Shown piece after piece: positions 48,343-58,258 of a stretch of 64,000 nt of DNA (positions are counted from its first letter, which is position 1; each line of letters opens with the position of its first letter). Source of the stretch: Omnitrophica WOR_2 bacterium RIFOXYA2_FULL_38_17. GTDB lineage: Bacteria > Omnitrophota > Gorgyraeia > Zapsychrales > Zapsychraceae. Under the pieces are notes generated by a model. The model was given only the letters and a program-made list of their open reading frames with translations, was not told where the DNA came from and did no database searches. The DNA is taken from NCBI GenBank assembly GCA_001805965.1, contig MHHG01000057.1, positions 13,514 through 77,513 on the forward strand. Reading direction: 5' to 3'. A program made the translations under genes and the position numbers.

Positions 48343-48957
48343 TTAAAAACTGCTAATATTCTCAAAGAAAGACCTTATTAAACGTGGATTCTTTATCCCT
48401 GGTGCAGTTTCAAGTCCGCTAGAAACATCAACTGCAAACGGATTAACCTGGCCAACCGCTTCTTTTACATTATCAGGATTCAATCCTCCCGACAATATGA
48501 TCGGCTTATCAAATTTTTCTTTGCTAATGAGGTCCCAATTAAACTTTTCTCCAGTCCCCCCATAAGCATCCTTTTGATACGCATCAAACAAATACGCATC
48601 AACTTTATACTTCTTTACCTCTTCTGGAAGGAACACGGCTCCCACCCTAAAAGCTTTAATTATCTTTAAATCCTTAAACCGCTTACAATAAACCGTTGTT
48701 TCATCTCCGTGAAACTGAACGGTATTGATCCTCGTGAATCTGCACACATCAATGACCGCACGCTCTTTTTGATCCACAAAAACACCAACAGGGGTAATGA
48801 AAGGCGGCAATGCCTCAATTATTTTTCTGGCCTTGCTTGGCGAAACATACCTGGGGCTTTTCTTGTAAAAAATAAAACCTAATGCATATGCCCCATAATA
48901 AACTGCTTTTAAAGCATCTTCCGTATTTGTAATTCCACAAACCTTAACTTTTACCAT
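48343..48957 (-). CDS. trpF: phosphoribosylanthranilate isomerase
   Basis: The VKVCGIT start and TIM-barrel PRAI motifs. Overlaps trpC by 14 nt. Confidence 0.85.
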   Translation of the reverse strand: MVKVKVCGITNTEDALKAVYYGAYALGFIFYKKSPRYVSPSKARKIIEALPPFITPVGVFVDQKERAVIDVCRFTRINTVQFHGDETTVYCKRFKDLKIIKAFRVGAVFLPEEVKKYKVDAYLFDAYQKDAYGGTGEKFNWDLISKEKFDKPIILSGGLNPDNVKEAVGQVNPFAVDVSSGLETAPGIKNPRLIRSFFENISSF

Positions 48958-49735
48958 ATATCACTTCCTGTATTTTTTTACCGATATCCTGTTCTCTCAT
49001 AAAAGTCTCACCTATTAGAACAGCATTCGCACCTAACTTATAAATTTTATTTATATCCTCATGCGTTTTAATTCCACTTTCAACCACTATGACTTTTTCC
49101 CTCGGTATCTTGCCTATTAATCTTTCTGAAATACCAAGATCCACATCAAAGGTCTTAAGGTCCCTGTTGTTTATCCCTATTATTTCTGCATCAGCAAATA
49201 AAGCCCTTGCCAGCTCTTTTTCATTATGTATTTCAACTAAACAATCAATATCCAACCTTGATGCAAGCTCAATAAATCTTCTTAAAGTGTCATCATCTAA
49301 AGCTGCAACTATCAACAATATGGCACTTGCACCATGAACTCGCGCTTCATAAATTTGCCCTTCATCAACAAAAAAATCCTTCTGGAGAACAGGCACGTTT
49401 GTATTGTTTGAAACATCTTCCAGATAGCGCATATCACCAAGAAAATATTTATCCTCAGTCAGAACAGAGATAGCTGCAGCACCATTTTCCTGATAAGCCT
49501 TTGCGATCTCTAAACAATTGAAGTCTTTTCTTATAACACCTTTGGAAGGTGATGCTTTTTTTATTTCTGCAATAAGATTCAGCTTCCCGGGTTCAGAAAT
49601 TTTCTTTTTAAATATCTCATAGTGTGTATACTCAGAGCCTTTAAGCTTCTCCTTAATTATCTCATATGCTGCTTGGCGACTTTTAACAAGCTCTTTCTTG
49701 TAAGCAAGAATCTCTTCTAGAAATTTTTCACTCAA
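48944..49735 (-). CDS. trpC: indole-3-glycerol phosphate synthase
   Basis: IGPS motifs (IAEIKKASPSKG; VLTEDKYF; INNRDL). Confidence 0.85.
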   Translation of the reverse strand: MSEKFLEEILAYKKELVKSRQAAYEIIKEKLKGSEYTHYEIFKKKISEPGKLNLIAEIKKASPSKGVIRKDFNCLEIAKAYQENGAAAISVLTEDKYFLGDMRYLEDVSNNTNVPVLQKDFFVDEGQIYEARVHGASAILLIVAALDDDTLRRFIELASRLDIDCLVEIHNEKELARALFADAEIIGINNRDLKTFDVDLGISERLIGKIPREKVIVVESGIKTHEDINKIYKLGANAVLIGETFMREQDIGKKIQEVIYGKS

Positions 49736-50790
49736 TTCAAATTTCCTTTATTAACTAAAGGGATGCGTTCTGTAAAGTTCTTCAGATCCTCTAACTTTTT
49801 TCGTGCCTTGCCGCTATCAATTGATTCTCTTGCAAGACTTAGGCCTTCATTAATTGATTTTGCTTTATCTGCTATATAAAGCGCATATGCTGCATTTATA
49901 AGGACTATATCCCGTTTCGGACCCCGCTCTCCGTCTAGGATAGTTTCAAATATCTTCAGATTCTCTTTCAGGTCGCCACCCTCAAGGTCTCTAAGCTTGG
50001 AACGTGATATGCCTATCTCTTCGGGATCAATATCATATGAAATAACTTCCTTGCCATTATACTCTGCAATAAATGTTTTATCTGTCGTTGTGATCTCATC
50101 TAAACCATCATTTCCATGAACAACCACTGCCTTCTTTAAACCTAAATTCTTTAAAACATTTGCGAGTGGCTCAACATAATCCCTTTTATAAACTCCCATG
50201 ATCTGATGCGTTGCCTTCGCCGGATTAGTTAGCGGGCCTAGAATATTAAATATCGTTTCTACTCCAAGCTCCTTTCTAACAGGCGCAACATATTTCATTG
50301 AAGGATGATGCATTTGAGCAAACAAAAAAACAATGCCGACATCATCTAAACATTCACCGGCATACTGCTCCCCGATCTTTAAATTAATCCCTGCAGCCTC
50401 AAGAACATCCGCGCTTCCACACTTACTTGAAACTGAACGGTTACCATGTTTTGCAACAGGCACGCCTGCTCCGGCAACAACAAAAGCTGCTGTTGTAGAA
50501 ATATTAAAAGTATTCTTTTTGTCGCCACCTGTCCCGCAAGTATCCAGGACTGTTCTATGATGCGTTTCAATACCAACAACAAATTTGCGCATAATCTTTG
50601 CAGCTCCAGTTATCTCATCTATTGTCGGACCTTTTGCCCTTAATGCAAGCAGGAACTCAGCAACCTCGTTCTTTGATGCTTCCCCAGACATTATCTGCTG
50701 CATAACCATTTCAATCTCTTCTCTGGTCAAGCTGAACTTATCTTTGATCTTTTCAATATGCTCTTTCATAATGGTCTCCAAAAAAAACAA
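49732..50790 (-). CDS. trpD: anthranilate phosphoribosyltransferase
   Basis: LDTCGTGGD, HGNRSVSSKCGSADVLE. Confidence 0.9.
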   Translation of the reverse strand: MFFLETIMKEHIEKIKDKFSLTREEIEMVMQQIMSGEASKNEVAEFLLALRAKGPTIDEITGAAKIMRKFVVGIETHHRTVLDTCGTGGDKKNTFNISTTAAFVVAGAGVPVAKHGNRSVSSKCGSADVLEAAGINLKIGEQYAGECLDDVGIVFLFAQMHHPSMKYVAPVRKELGVETIFNILGPLTNPAKATHQIMGVYKRDYVEPLANVLKNLGLKKAVVVHGNDGLDEITTTDKTFIAEYNGKEVISYDIDPEEIGISRSKLRDLEGGDLKENLKIFETILDGERGPKRDIVLINAAYALYIADKAKSINEGLSLARESIDSGKARKKLEDLKNFTERIPLVNKGNLN

Positions 50791-50802
50791 TTAGAAATAA
50801 AG

Positions 50803-51366
50803 TTATAGTTTTAAGAAATTGTTCAATATCTTCTTGCCTTCAGTTGTCAAAATAGATTCAGGATGGAACTGGACACCCCACAAATTATAACTTTTATGAT
50901 GTATTCCCATTATCTCGCCGTCATCTGATCTAGCAATAACGTTAAGACACTCAGGCATTGTTTTTTTATCTGCAACAAGAGAATGGTATCTTGTTGCTTC
51001 GAAGGGATTTGCGACATCCTTAAATATACCTTGATTGTCATGCTCAATCATTGAAGTTTTACCATGCATCAGTTTTTTTGCCCTAACAATCTTTCCGCCA
51101 TATGCATAACAAATAGCCTGATGTCCTAAACATACGCCTAAAACAGGTATTTTGTCCGCAAATTCTTTTATTATATCAACCGATATACCTGCCGCCTCAG
51201 GCCTTCCCGGCCCGGGAGAGATCACTATCTTTTCAGGTTTCATCATATTAATATCTTCAATTGAAATCTCATCATTCCTGAAAACTTTTAAATCTGCCCC
51301 TAGTTCACCAAAATACTGAACAAGGTTGTATGTAAACGAATCGTAATTATCTATCATTAATAACAT
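50803..51366 (-). CDS. trpG: anthranilate synthase component II / class I glutamine amidotransferase (TrpG/PabA type)
   Basis: GVCLGHQ catalytic Cys and the HPES motif. Sits with trpDCF. Confidence 0.8.
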   Translation of the reverse strand: MLLMIDNYDSFTYNLVQYFGELGADLKVFRNDEISIEDINMMKPEKIVISPGPGRPEAAGISVDIIKEFADKIPVLGVCLGHQAICYAYGGKIVRAKKLMHGKTSMIEHDNQGIFKDVANPFEATRYHSLVADKKTMPECLNVIARSDDGEIMGIHHKSYNLWGVQFHPESILTTEGKKILNNFLKL

Positions 51367-51397
51367 GATAATGCTCCTTTATCTTATCAATACATGA

Positions 51398-52660
51398 TCA
51401 TTCTTTTTCCCTGCGAGTAACAGCACCAAGGCCTTGTAATTTTTTCTCAAGGTCCTCATATCCTCTTTCCAAATGATATATCCTGTGGATCTCAGTCACA
51501 CCTTTAGCCGCTAGCCCTGCAATAACCAATGCGGCTGATGCCCTAAGGTCTGAGGCCATTACCGGTGCCCCATAAAGCTCTTTTACGCCTTGAGATATCG
51601 CATTGACTCCTTCTCTTCTTATATTCGCTCCCATTCTGTTGAGCTCGGCAATATGAATAAATCTATCAGGATAAACCTTATCTGTGATAACACTAACACC
51701 CTGGGCCATTGTCATAAGCGCCAGAAATTGAGCCTGGAGGTCAGTAGGGAATCCGGGATATGGATATGTTGTAATACTCGTAGGATTTATTATTTTTTTA
51801 CTCTTTACCTTAATAACACCATTTTCATTATAAACCTTGACTCCGGCATCACCAAGCTTATCAACTAAGGCCATTAAATGCGATGTATCAGCTCCTAGTA
51901 TAGAGATATTACTCCTTGTCGCAGCAGCCATTATGATATATGTTCCAGCCTCTATTCTATCCGGGATCACTTTATAATTAACACCGCTAAGCTTTTTAAC
52001 ACCTGTAATTACCAATCTCGGACTGCCCTTCCCTTCGATCTTAGCGCCCATTGCAATAAGCATATTCGTAAGATCTTCTATCTCGGGTTCACATGCAGCT
52101 GCCTCAATTACAGTCTCGCCTTTAGCTAAAACAGCAGCCATCATAACATTTGCCGTTGCAAGTACGGAAGATCCAAATCCGCCGCCCAAATACATTTGTG
52201 CACCTTTTAGTTGCCTGCATCTGGCAATTATATAACCGTTCTCGATCTGTATTTTTGTTCCTAAAGCTTTTAATCCTTTTAAATGCAGATCTACAGGCCT
52301 TATACCGATAACGCATCCTCCAGGAAGCGAGACTTTAGCTATTTTTAATTTTGCTAAAAGAGGGCCCAAGACACAAAATGAACCCCTCATAGTGGAAACC
52401 AGCTTATAATCAGCGACTGATTTTAATTTTTCCCCGGAAGTGATCTTTAACTTATTATCATTGAATTCTACTTGCTTTCCTAGCGACCTAAGAAGCTCAA
52501 CCATCGTGGTAGTATCGCGTAAATGCGGGACATTTCTTATAATGCAAGGTTCATCGGTCAATAAAGTTGCAGCCATTATCGGTAAAGTTGCATTCTTTGA
52601 TCCGCTTATTTTAACTTCACCCTTAAGGGGTTTTCCGCCTTCTATTATTAATTTTTCCAT
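51398..52660 (-). CDS. murA: UDP-N-acetylglucosamine 1-carboxyvinyltransferase
   Basis: Full-length EPSP-synthase-fold MurA (KISGSKNATLPIMAA…; active-site Cys in …LPGGCVIGIRP). Confidence 0.9.
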   Translation of the reverse strand: MEKLIIEGGKPLKGEVKISGSKNATLPIMAATLLTDEPCIIRNVPHLRDTTTMVELLRSLGKQVEFNDNKLKITSGEKLKSVADYKLVSTMRGSFCVLGPLLAKLKIAKVSLPGGCVIGIRPVDLHLKGLKALGTKIQIENGYIIARCRQLKGAQMYLGGGFGSSVLATANVMMAAVLAKGETVIEAAACEPEIEDLTNMLIAMGAKIEGKGSPRLVITGVKKLSGVNYKVIPDRIEAGTYIIMAAATRSNISILGADTSHLMALVDKLGDAGVKVYNENGVIKVKSKKIINPTSITTYPYPGFPTDLQAQFLALMTMAQGVSVITDKVYPDRFIHIAELNRMGANIRREGVNAISQGVKELYGAPVMASDLRASAALVIAGLAAKGVTEIHRIYHLERGYEDLEKKLQGLGAVTRREKE

Positions 52661-52672
52661 ATTATTTAAGCT

Positions 52673-53476
52673 CTAATGTGATTGTTTAACTGCATAAATT
52701 ATTCTGTCTGTTCCTACATAATCTTTTTCAAACGTGACCTCTTTATAATCTTGATACTGATAAAATATTTTTTCAACTCCTGATCTTTGACCATCGCCGA
52801 TCTCAAGAAATAACATTCCCTCACACGCAAGCAGATCTTTTGAACTTCTGATTATATCCCTGTAAAACCTTAACCCATCTTCTCCCCCGTCTAAAGCTAT
52901 CATCGGCTCACATTTAACTTCGGCAGGCAAATTACTGAGATCTGAGGTTTTTATATACGGCGGATTTGAGACAATTATATCGTATTTTTCACCATAGCAA
53001 TATGCTTCTTTAAGAAATACAAAAGCATCCCTATTATAGAAGGATATATTATTCCTAACAAAATTCTTATCTGCATTACTTTCAGCTAACTCAATAGCAC
53101 CCCGGGAAATATCGACAGCATCCACTCTGCAGCTTTTAATATTTTTCGCAATAGAGACCGCAATGACCCCGCTGCCTGTTCCTATATCCAGAACCCTAAG
53201 ATCTTTTTTTGAAAGCTCTTTCATTTTTCGGACTACAAGGTCGACCAGCAGTTCAGTTTCTGGCCGAGGTATGAGGGCCCGTCTGTCAACATTGAACTCC
53301 GAACCATAGAATTCAGTATTCCCTACAACATATTGAACAGGCTCACCGTTAAGCCTTTTTAATTGCATTTTATGTAAACGTATTTTCTGACTTTCGGTCA
53401 AAACGTATGGCTCGGAATATAGCTCATGCCTGGAACAATTCAAAACAGATGTCATCATCAATTCATTTTCCGTCAT
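52673..53476 (-). CDS. prmC: release factor glutamine N5-methyltransferase
   Basis: The NPPY motif (VSNPPYI) and SAM motif I (VLDIGTGSG). Overlaps prfA by 4 nt. Confidence 0.85.
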   Translation of the reverse strand: MTENELMMTSVLNCSRHELYSEPYVLTESQKIRLHKMQLKRLNGEPVQYVVGNTEFYGSEFNVDRRALIPRPETELLVDLVVRKMKELSKKDLRVLDIGTGSGVIAVSIAKNIKSCRVDAVDISRGAIELAESNADKNFVRNNISFYNRDAFVFLKEAYCYGEKYDIIVSNPPYIKTSDLSNLPAEVKCEPMIALDGGEDGLRFYRDIIRSSKDLLACEGMLFLEIGDGQRSGVEKIFYQYQDYKEVTFEKDYVGTDRIIYAVKQSH

Positions 53477-54534
53477 TGAGTACGCTCCTCAATATCAGCC
53501 TTGATTAATGCATCACATAATTCGTCAAGCTCGCCATCAAGAACATTCTGAAACCTATATGTTGTAAACCCTATCCTATGATCAGTTATCCGCCTGTCTG
53601 GAAAGTTATATGTGCGTATCTTCTCGCTTCTGTCTCCGGAACCAACCTTAAGCTTTCTATCCTTTGTTTCTTTCTCATTATTCTCGCGCTCCATCTTCTC
53701 ATGCAATCTAGCACGCAGGACCCTCATTGCTTTGTGTTTGTTCTTCAATTGTGATCTCTCATCCTGACAAACAACAACGATCCCTGTAGAAAGATGGGTT
53801 ATCCTTATAGCAGAATCTGTTGTATTAACGCTTTGCCCGCCAGGCCCTGAAGAGCGGAAAACATCTATCTTAAGATCCTTTGGATCAATGATGATCTCAA
53901 TTTCCTCGGGCTCAAACAGAACCGCTACTGTTGCAGCAGAGGTATGAATTCTGCCAGATGTCTCAGTAGTAGGGACCCTTTGAACTCTATGGGCACCACT
54001 TTCCCACTTCAAATACTTCTCAGCACCTACACCACTCATGCTAAAAATAACTTCCTTATAACCTCCTGCTTCAGATTCATTGCAACTTATCTGCTCAACT
54101 TTCCACCCTTTCCTATCGGCAAACTTAGTATACATCCTATACAGGTCTGCAGCGAAAAGACTTGCTTCCTGCCCGCCAGTCCCGGCACGGATCTCAAAAA
54201 TAAGATTTCTGTCTTTGACCTTTTTCTTTGGATTGGTAAGATTCTCGAGCATTACAATAAGCTCAGCTTGTTTAGCTTTGAGGTCCTCTTTTTCAGCCTC
54301 TGCCAACTCCTCAAAAGCCTTATCCTGGCTTTCCTTTAACAAAATATCAAGCTCATTTAGCTGACCTACAGTCTCTTTATACTCATTAAACGTATTAACA
54401 ACTGGAGTAATATCAGAATATTCCTTAGCTATTTTTTGATACTTACTTTTATCAGAAATAACTTCTGGGTCTGATAAAAGCTGCTCTAGTTCAGCAAATC
54501 TGTCCTTAATTTTTTCGTATTTTTCGAGATTCAT
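53473..54534 (-). CDS. prfA: peptide chain release factor 1
   Basis: The GGQ motif (SGPGGQSVNTTDSA) and the PxT-type decoding region (RVQRVP). Confidence 0.95.
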   Translation of the reverse strand: MNLEKYEKIKDRFAELEQLLSDPEVISDKSKYQKIAKEYSDITPVVNTFNEYKETVGQLNELDILLKESQDKAFEELAEAEKEDLKAKQAELIVMLENLTNPKKKVKDRNLIFEIRAGTGGQEASLFAADLYRMYTKFADRKGWKVEQISCNESEAGGYKEVIFSMSGVGAEKYLKWESGAHRVQRVPTTETSGRIHTSAATVAVLFEPEEIEIIIDPKDLKIDVFRSSGPGGQSVNTTDSAIRITHLSTGIVVVCQDERSQLKNKHKAMRVLRARLHEKMERENNEKETKDRKLKVGSGDRSEKIRTYNFPDRRITDHRIGFTTYRFQNVLDGELDELCDALIKADIEERTQ

Positions 54535-54671
54535 TTATGGTTCTTTCTTAAAACATTTTTGGAAGAACCTGATCTCACCGATTTTTAATATTTACACAAA
54601 TGTAATCTTAAGTACATTTATGCCGATCAGCTCAATCAGGGCTTTGCGTTAATCAGAACAGCCTTTGCCTA

Positions 54672-54878
54672 CTACTTCTTCTTATTTGTATAACGTTTTT
54701 CAAACCTTTCGATGCGTCCGGCAGTATCAACGAACTTCTTATCGCCAGTGAAAAACGGATGACACTTTGAACAGATCTCAACACGAATGTTCTTTTTTGT
54801 GGCGCGAGTATGCATAACTTCACCGCACGCGCAAGTTATCGTTGTTTGTATGTATTCTGGATGAATATCTTTTTTCAT
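54672..54878 (-). CDS. rpmE: 50S ribosomal protein L31
   Basis: MKKDIHPEY…C..C…C..C zinc ribbon. 68 aa. Confidence 0.9.
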   Translation of the reverse strand: MKKDIHPEYIQTTITCACGEVMHTRATKKNIRVEICSKCHPFFTGDKKFVDTAGRIERFEKRYTNKKK

Positions 54879-54900
54879 TTCTTCTTTCTCCTTAAACTTA

Positions 54901-56268
54901 CTAATTATTCAAGTTGTTTAAAAACTCTTCGTTTGTTTTGTGTTTACTTATCCTATCGATCAATAACTCCATTGCTTCAGCGGAATTAAGGTCATTAACT
55001 GCCTTCCTTAGTAACCATATACGCTGAAGGTCATCTTCGGGAAGCAGTTTTTCTTCGTGGCGAGTATTTGAACGCTTAATATCTATCGCAGGATAAATCC
55101 TTCTTTGGAAAAGAGTCCTATCCAATTGCAATTCCATATTACCTGTTCCTTTAAACTCCTCGAAAATAACTTCGTCCATTCTGCTACCAGTATCAACCAA
55201 TGATGTGGCAATAACAGTGAGACTGCCGCCTTCTTCAACTGCACGTGCTGCGCCAAAGAATCTTTTCGGTTTATGAAGCGCATTTGAATCAACACCACCA
55301 GAAAGGATCTTGCCGCTGTGTGGGACAACCGTATTATAAGCCCGTGCTAACCTTGTGATACTGTCCAATAAAATAACAACATCCCGACCATGCTCAACCA
55401 GGCGTTTCGCTTTTTCAAGAACCATTTCAGCAATCTGAACATGGCGCTCTGCAGGTTCATCGAATGTTGAAGATATAACCTCGCCCTTTACGCTTCTTTG
55501 CATATCCGTAACCTCTTCCGGGCGCTCATCAATAAGAAGTACCATTAAAACTCCGTCAGGATTGTTCTCAGTGATCGAGTTTGCGATCTTCTGCAAAAGG
55601 ACAGTTTTTCCGCTGTAAGGAGGGGCTACTATTAAAGCCCTCTGTCCTTTTCCCAGCGGAGTAAGAAGGTCCATGATCCTCATTGAGATTTCCTTCGGTG
55701 TCGTTTCAAGAAGGATCCTGTCCTGTGGATACAAAGGCGTTAAATTATCAAAAAATATCCTGTCCTTGCACTTTTCAGGATTCTCAAAATTAACTGCCTC
55801 CACTTTCAAAAGAGCAAAATACTTCTCCCCTTCTTTTGGAGGACGAATATGCCCGCTAACAGTATCGCCTGTCTTAAGGTCAAATCTCCTTATTTGTGAA
55901 GGAGAGATATATATATCGTCCGGACAAGGCAGATAGTTATAATTCACACTTCTTAAGAAGCCAAAACCTTCTCCCAAGATCTCTAAAGTCCCTTCACCAA
56001 ACATTAACCCTGCCTGCTCAGCTTTTGCCTGAAGAATCTTAAAAATAAGGTCCTGCTTTCTAACTCCGCTAACTCCGGCAACCCCCACGTCTTTAGCAAA
56101 CTTAGTAAGTTCTCCCATCTTCATATTCTTTAATTTAGTAATATCCATCTGTTCACCTGATGGTTTTATTACTTTCTTTGGAGCAACCTTTTCTTTAACG
56201 ATTGCATCTTTTTCCATTTCATTTTCCCCCTCTATCACTTTTTTTTCTTTAGAAGAATCTTTTGCCAT
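54901..56268 (-). CDS. rho: transcription termination factor Rho
   Basis: The Rho N-terminal domain, Walker A (PPYSGKT), Q-loop and R-loop motifs. The first 17 codons overlap coaE, so the real start may be MEKDAIV at 56217. Confidence 0.95.
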   Translation of the reverse strand: MAKDSSKEKKVIEGENEMEKDAIVKEKVAPKKVIKPSGEQMDITKLKNMKMGELTKFAKDVGVAGVSGVRKQDLIFKILQAKAEQAGLMFGEGTLEILGEGFGFLRSVNYNYLPCPDDIYISPSQIRRFDLKTGDTVSGHIRPPKEGEKYFALLKVEAVNFENPEKCKDRIFFDNLTPLYPQDRILLETTPKEISMRIMDLLTPLGKGQRALIVAPPYSGKTVLLQKIANSITENNPDGVLMVLLIDERPEEVTDMQRSVKGEVISSTFDEPAERHVQIAEMVLEKAKRLVEHGRDVVILLDSITRLARAYNTVVPHSGKILSGGVDSNALHKPKRFFGAARAVEEGGSLTVIATSLVDTGSRMDEVIFEEFKGTGNMELQLDRTLFQRRIYPAIDIKRSNTRHEEKLLPEDDLQRIWLLRKAVNDLNSAEAMELLIDRISKHKTNEEFLNNLNN

Positions 56269-56840
56269 ATTTCTTTCACCTGTTCTTTAGTTTCAATTAA
56301 ACTTCTGGAATTATCTATAATTATATCCGCAAGACGGATCTTCTCTCTCAAGGGCATCTGCATCTTTATCCTTCTTATCGCCTGCTGCTTTGAGATCTTG
56401 AATTTTTCGACTGCCCTTTCGATCTGCTGCTGCCTTTTTGCCTTCACGACAATTATCCAATCAACATAACGGTGAAGATTCGATTCAAACAAAAGCGGCA
56501 CATCAACAACAACCAAATACTCCTTTTTACGTTTATTATAGCGCCTGATCTCTTCACCAATAGCATTCTTAACCGCCGGATGAATAATAGCCACTAACTT
56601 ATCAAGCTTTTCTTTATCGCTGAAAACGATATCAGCTAATTTTTTCCTGTTTATCTCATCTCCGTCAACAATAGCTTTGCCAAAAACCTTTATGATCCGA
56701 TCGTAACAAATACCGCCCTTTTTCATTTGATCATGAGCGATCTTGTCAGCATCAAGGACCTTGGCCCCCAATTCCTGGAATGACTTTGATACCGATGTTT
56801 TACCCGTGCTTAAACTTCCTGTAACGCCTAAGATCACCAT
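56235..56840 (-). CDS. coaE: dephospho-CoA kinase
   Basis: P-loop [13 protein letters not shown] and the CoaE fold. Confidence 0.85.
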   Translation of the reverse strand: MVILGVTGSLSTGKTSVSKSFQELGAKVLDADKIAHDQMKKGGICYDRIIKVFGKAIVDGDEINRKKLADIVFSDKEKLDKLVAIIHPAVKNAIGEEIRRYNKRKKEYLVVVDVPLLFESNLHRYVDWIIVVKAKRQQQIERAVEKFKISKQQAIRRIKMQMPLREKIRLADIIIDNSRSLIETKEQVKEIWQKILLKKKK

Positions 56841-56845
56841 AAGCT

Positions 56846-58258
56846 TTAGTCCACTTTCAATGATTCATACAACGTTTTGTATTCTTCTGCAGACTTATTC
56901 CAGGAAAAACAAACTGATATTGCCTGCTCTACTAACTTATGAAATCTTTGCTTATCTTTATAAACCTCACTTGCAACTTTAATAATCTCCACAAAACTAT
57001 TCCTGTCATATTTATCAAAAATAAAACCATTGCCTTTGCCTTCTTTATTATCATGAGGTATGACCGTATCTATAAAACCTCCTGTTTTGTAAACAATAGG
57101 CACTGTTGCATATCTGAAAGCAATTAGCTGACTTAATCCGCAAGGCTCATATATAGAAGGCATCAAGAACATATCACTTCCGGCATATATCTGATGAGCA
57201 AGATGCTCATTAAACTCAAAGCAAGCGGCTATCTTTTGAGGATATCTTTCCACAAACCTTGAAAGCTTTTCGTAGTAGCGCTCTTCTCCCACGCCTTGTA
57301 TTACAACTTGAATATCAAGCGTCATCAATTCATCCAGAGCTTGTGTTAGCAGGTCTATCCCCTTCTGATGAGATAATCTTCCGACCAAGCCAAAGACCGG
57401 CACCTCGTTGCTGCATTTAAAACCAACTTCCTTTTGAAGCCATTCTTTATTATCTATCTTGTCTGAATCAATGTTCTCGTTTGAATACTTGACATTTATA
57501 AGGTCATCCTTTTGCGGATCCCAGATCTCATAATCCAAACCGTTAAGTATACCGATCAACTTTTCGCCCTTTGACAATAATAAATGTTCCAATCCAAAGC
57601 CAAATTCCCTTGTCTTTATCTCTTTAGCATACTGTTTGCTTACCGTAGTTACCTGATCCGCATAATAAATCGCACCTTTAAGCAAATTAACACTTCCATA
57701 AAATTCAAACAACCCATGGTCGAACAATTCATTTCTTAATCCTAATTTTGGAAAATCCCTTCGATCAAATATCCCCTGAAAAGCCAGATTATGAATCGTT
57801 TGGATCGTTTTTATATCCTTGAATATTTCGCATTGACCAAACCTTTCCTTTAAGTAAACAGGGATCAATGCTGTTTGCCAATCATGGCAATGAATAACAT
57901 CAATATCAATATTCAAATTCTTGATGGTCTCGAGTATCTTCAAACAGAAGAAGCTAAACCTTTCAAGATTATCATGAAAGTCGCCATTATTATCACCATA
58001 CAAGCCATCTCTATAAAAGTATTTTTCATTATCTATAAAATAAACATCTATGTTTTTTCCGATTGTAGTTTTTGAAACATCGCTACTTACTTTTTCAACT
58101 GCATTTCCCTTATCTTCAATTGACCTATACTTAGGTAAGAATAAAACAGCTTCCACGCCGATCCTTTCAAGCGCTAAAGGCAAGGCCCCACACACATCGC
58201 CGAGGCCTCCTGTTTTAGCAAAAGGAACGATCTCCGAAGAACACATGGCTATTTTCAT
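56846..58258 (-). CDS. glgA: glycogen synthase (GT5)
   Basis: N-terminal KTGGLGDV and GT-B glycogen-synthase motifs. Confidence 0.85.
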   Translation of the reverse strand: MKIAMCSSEIVPFAKTGGLGDVCGALPLALERIGVEAVLFLPKYRSIEDKGNAVEKVSSDVSKTTIGKNIDVYFIDNEKYFYRDGLYGDNNGDFHDNLERFSFFCLKILETIKNLNIDIDVIHCHDWQTALIPVYLKERFGQCEIFKDIKTIQTIHNLAFQGIFDRRDFPKLGLRNELFDHGLFEFYGSVNLLKGAIYYADQVTTVSKQYAKEIKTREFGFGLEHLLLSKGEKLIGILNGLDYEIWDPQKDDLINVKYSNENIDSDKIDNKEWLQKEVGFKCSNEVPVFGLVGRLSHQKGIDLLTQALDELMTLDIQVVIQGVGEERYYEKLSRFVERYPQKIAACFEFNEHLAHQIYAGSDMFLMPSIYEPCGLSQLIAFRYATVPIVYKTGGFIDTVIPHDNKEGKGNGFIFDKYDRNSFVEIIKVASEVYKDKQRFHKLVEQAISVCFSWNKSAEEYKTLYESLKVD

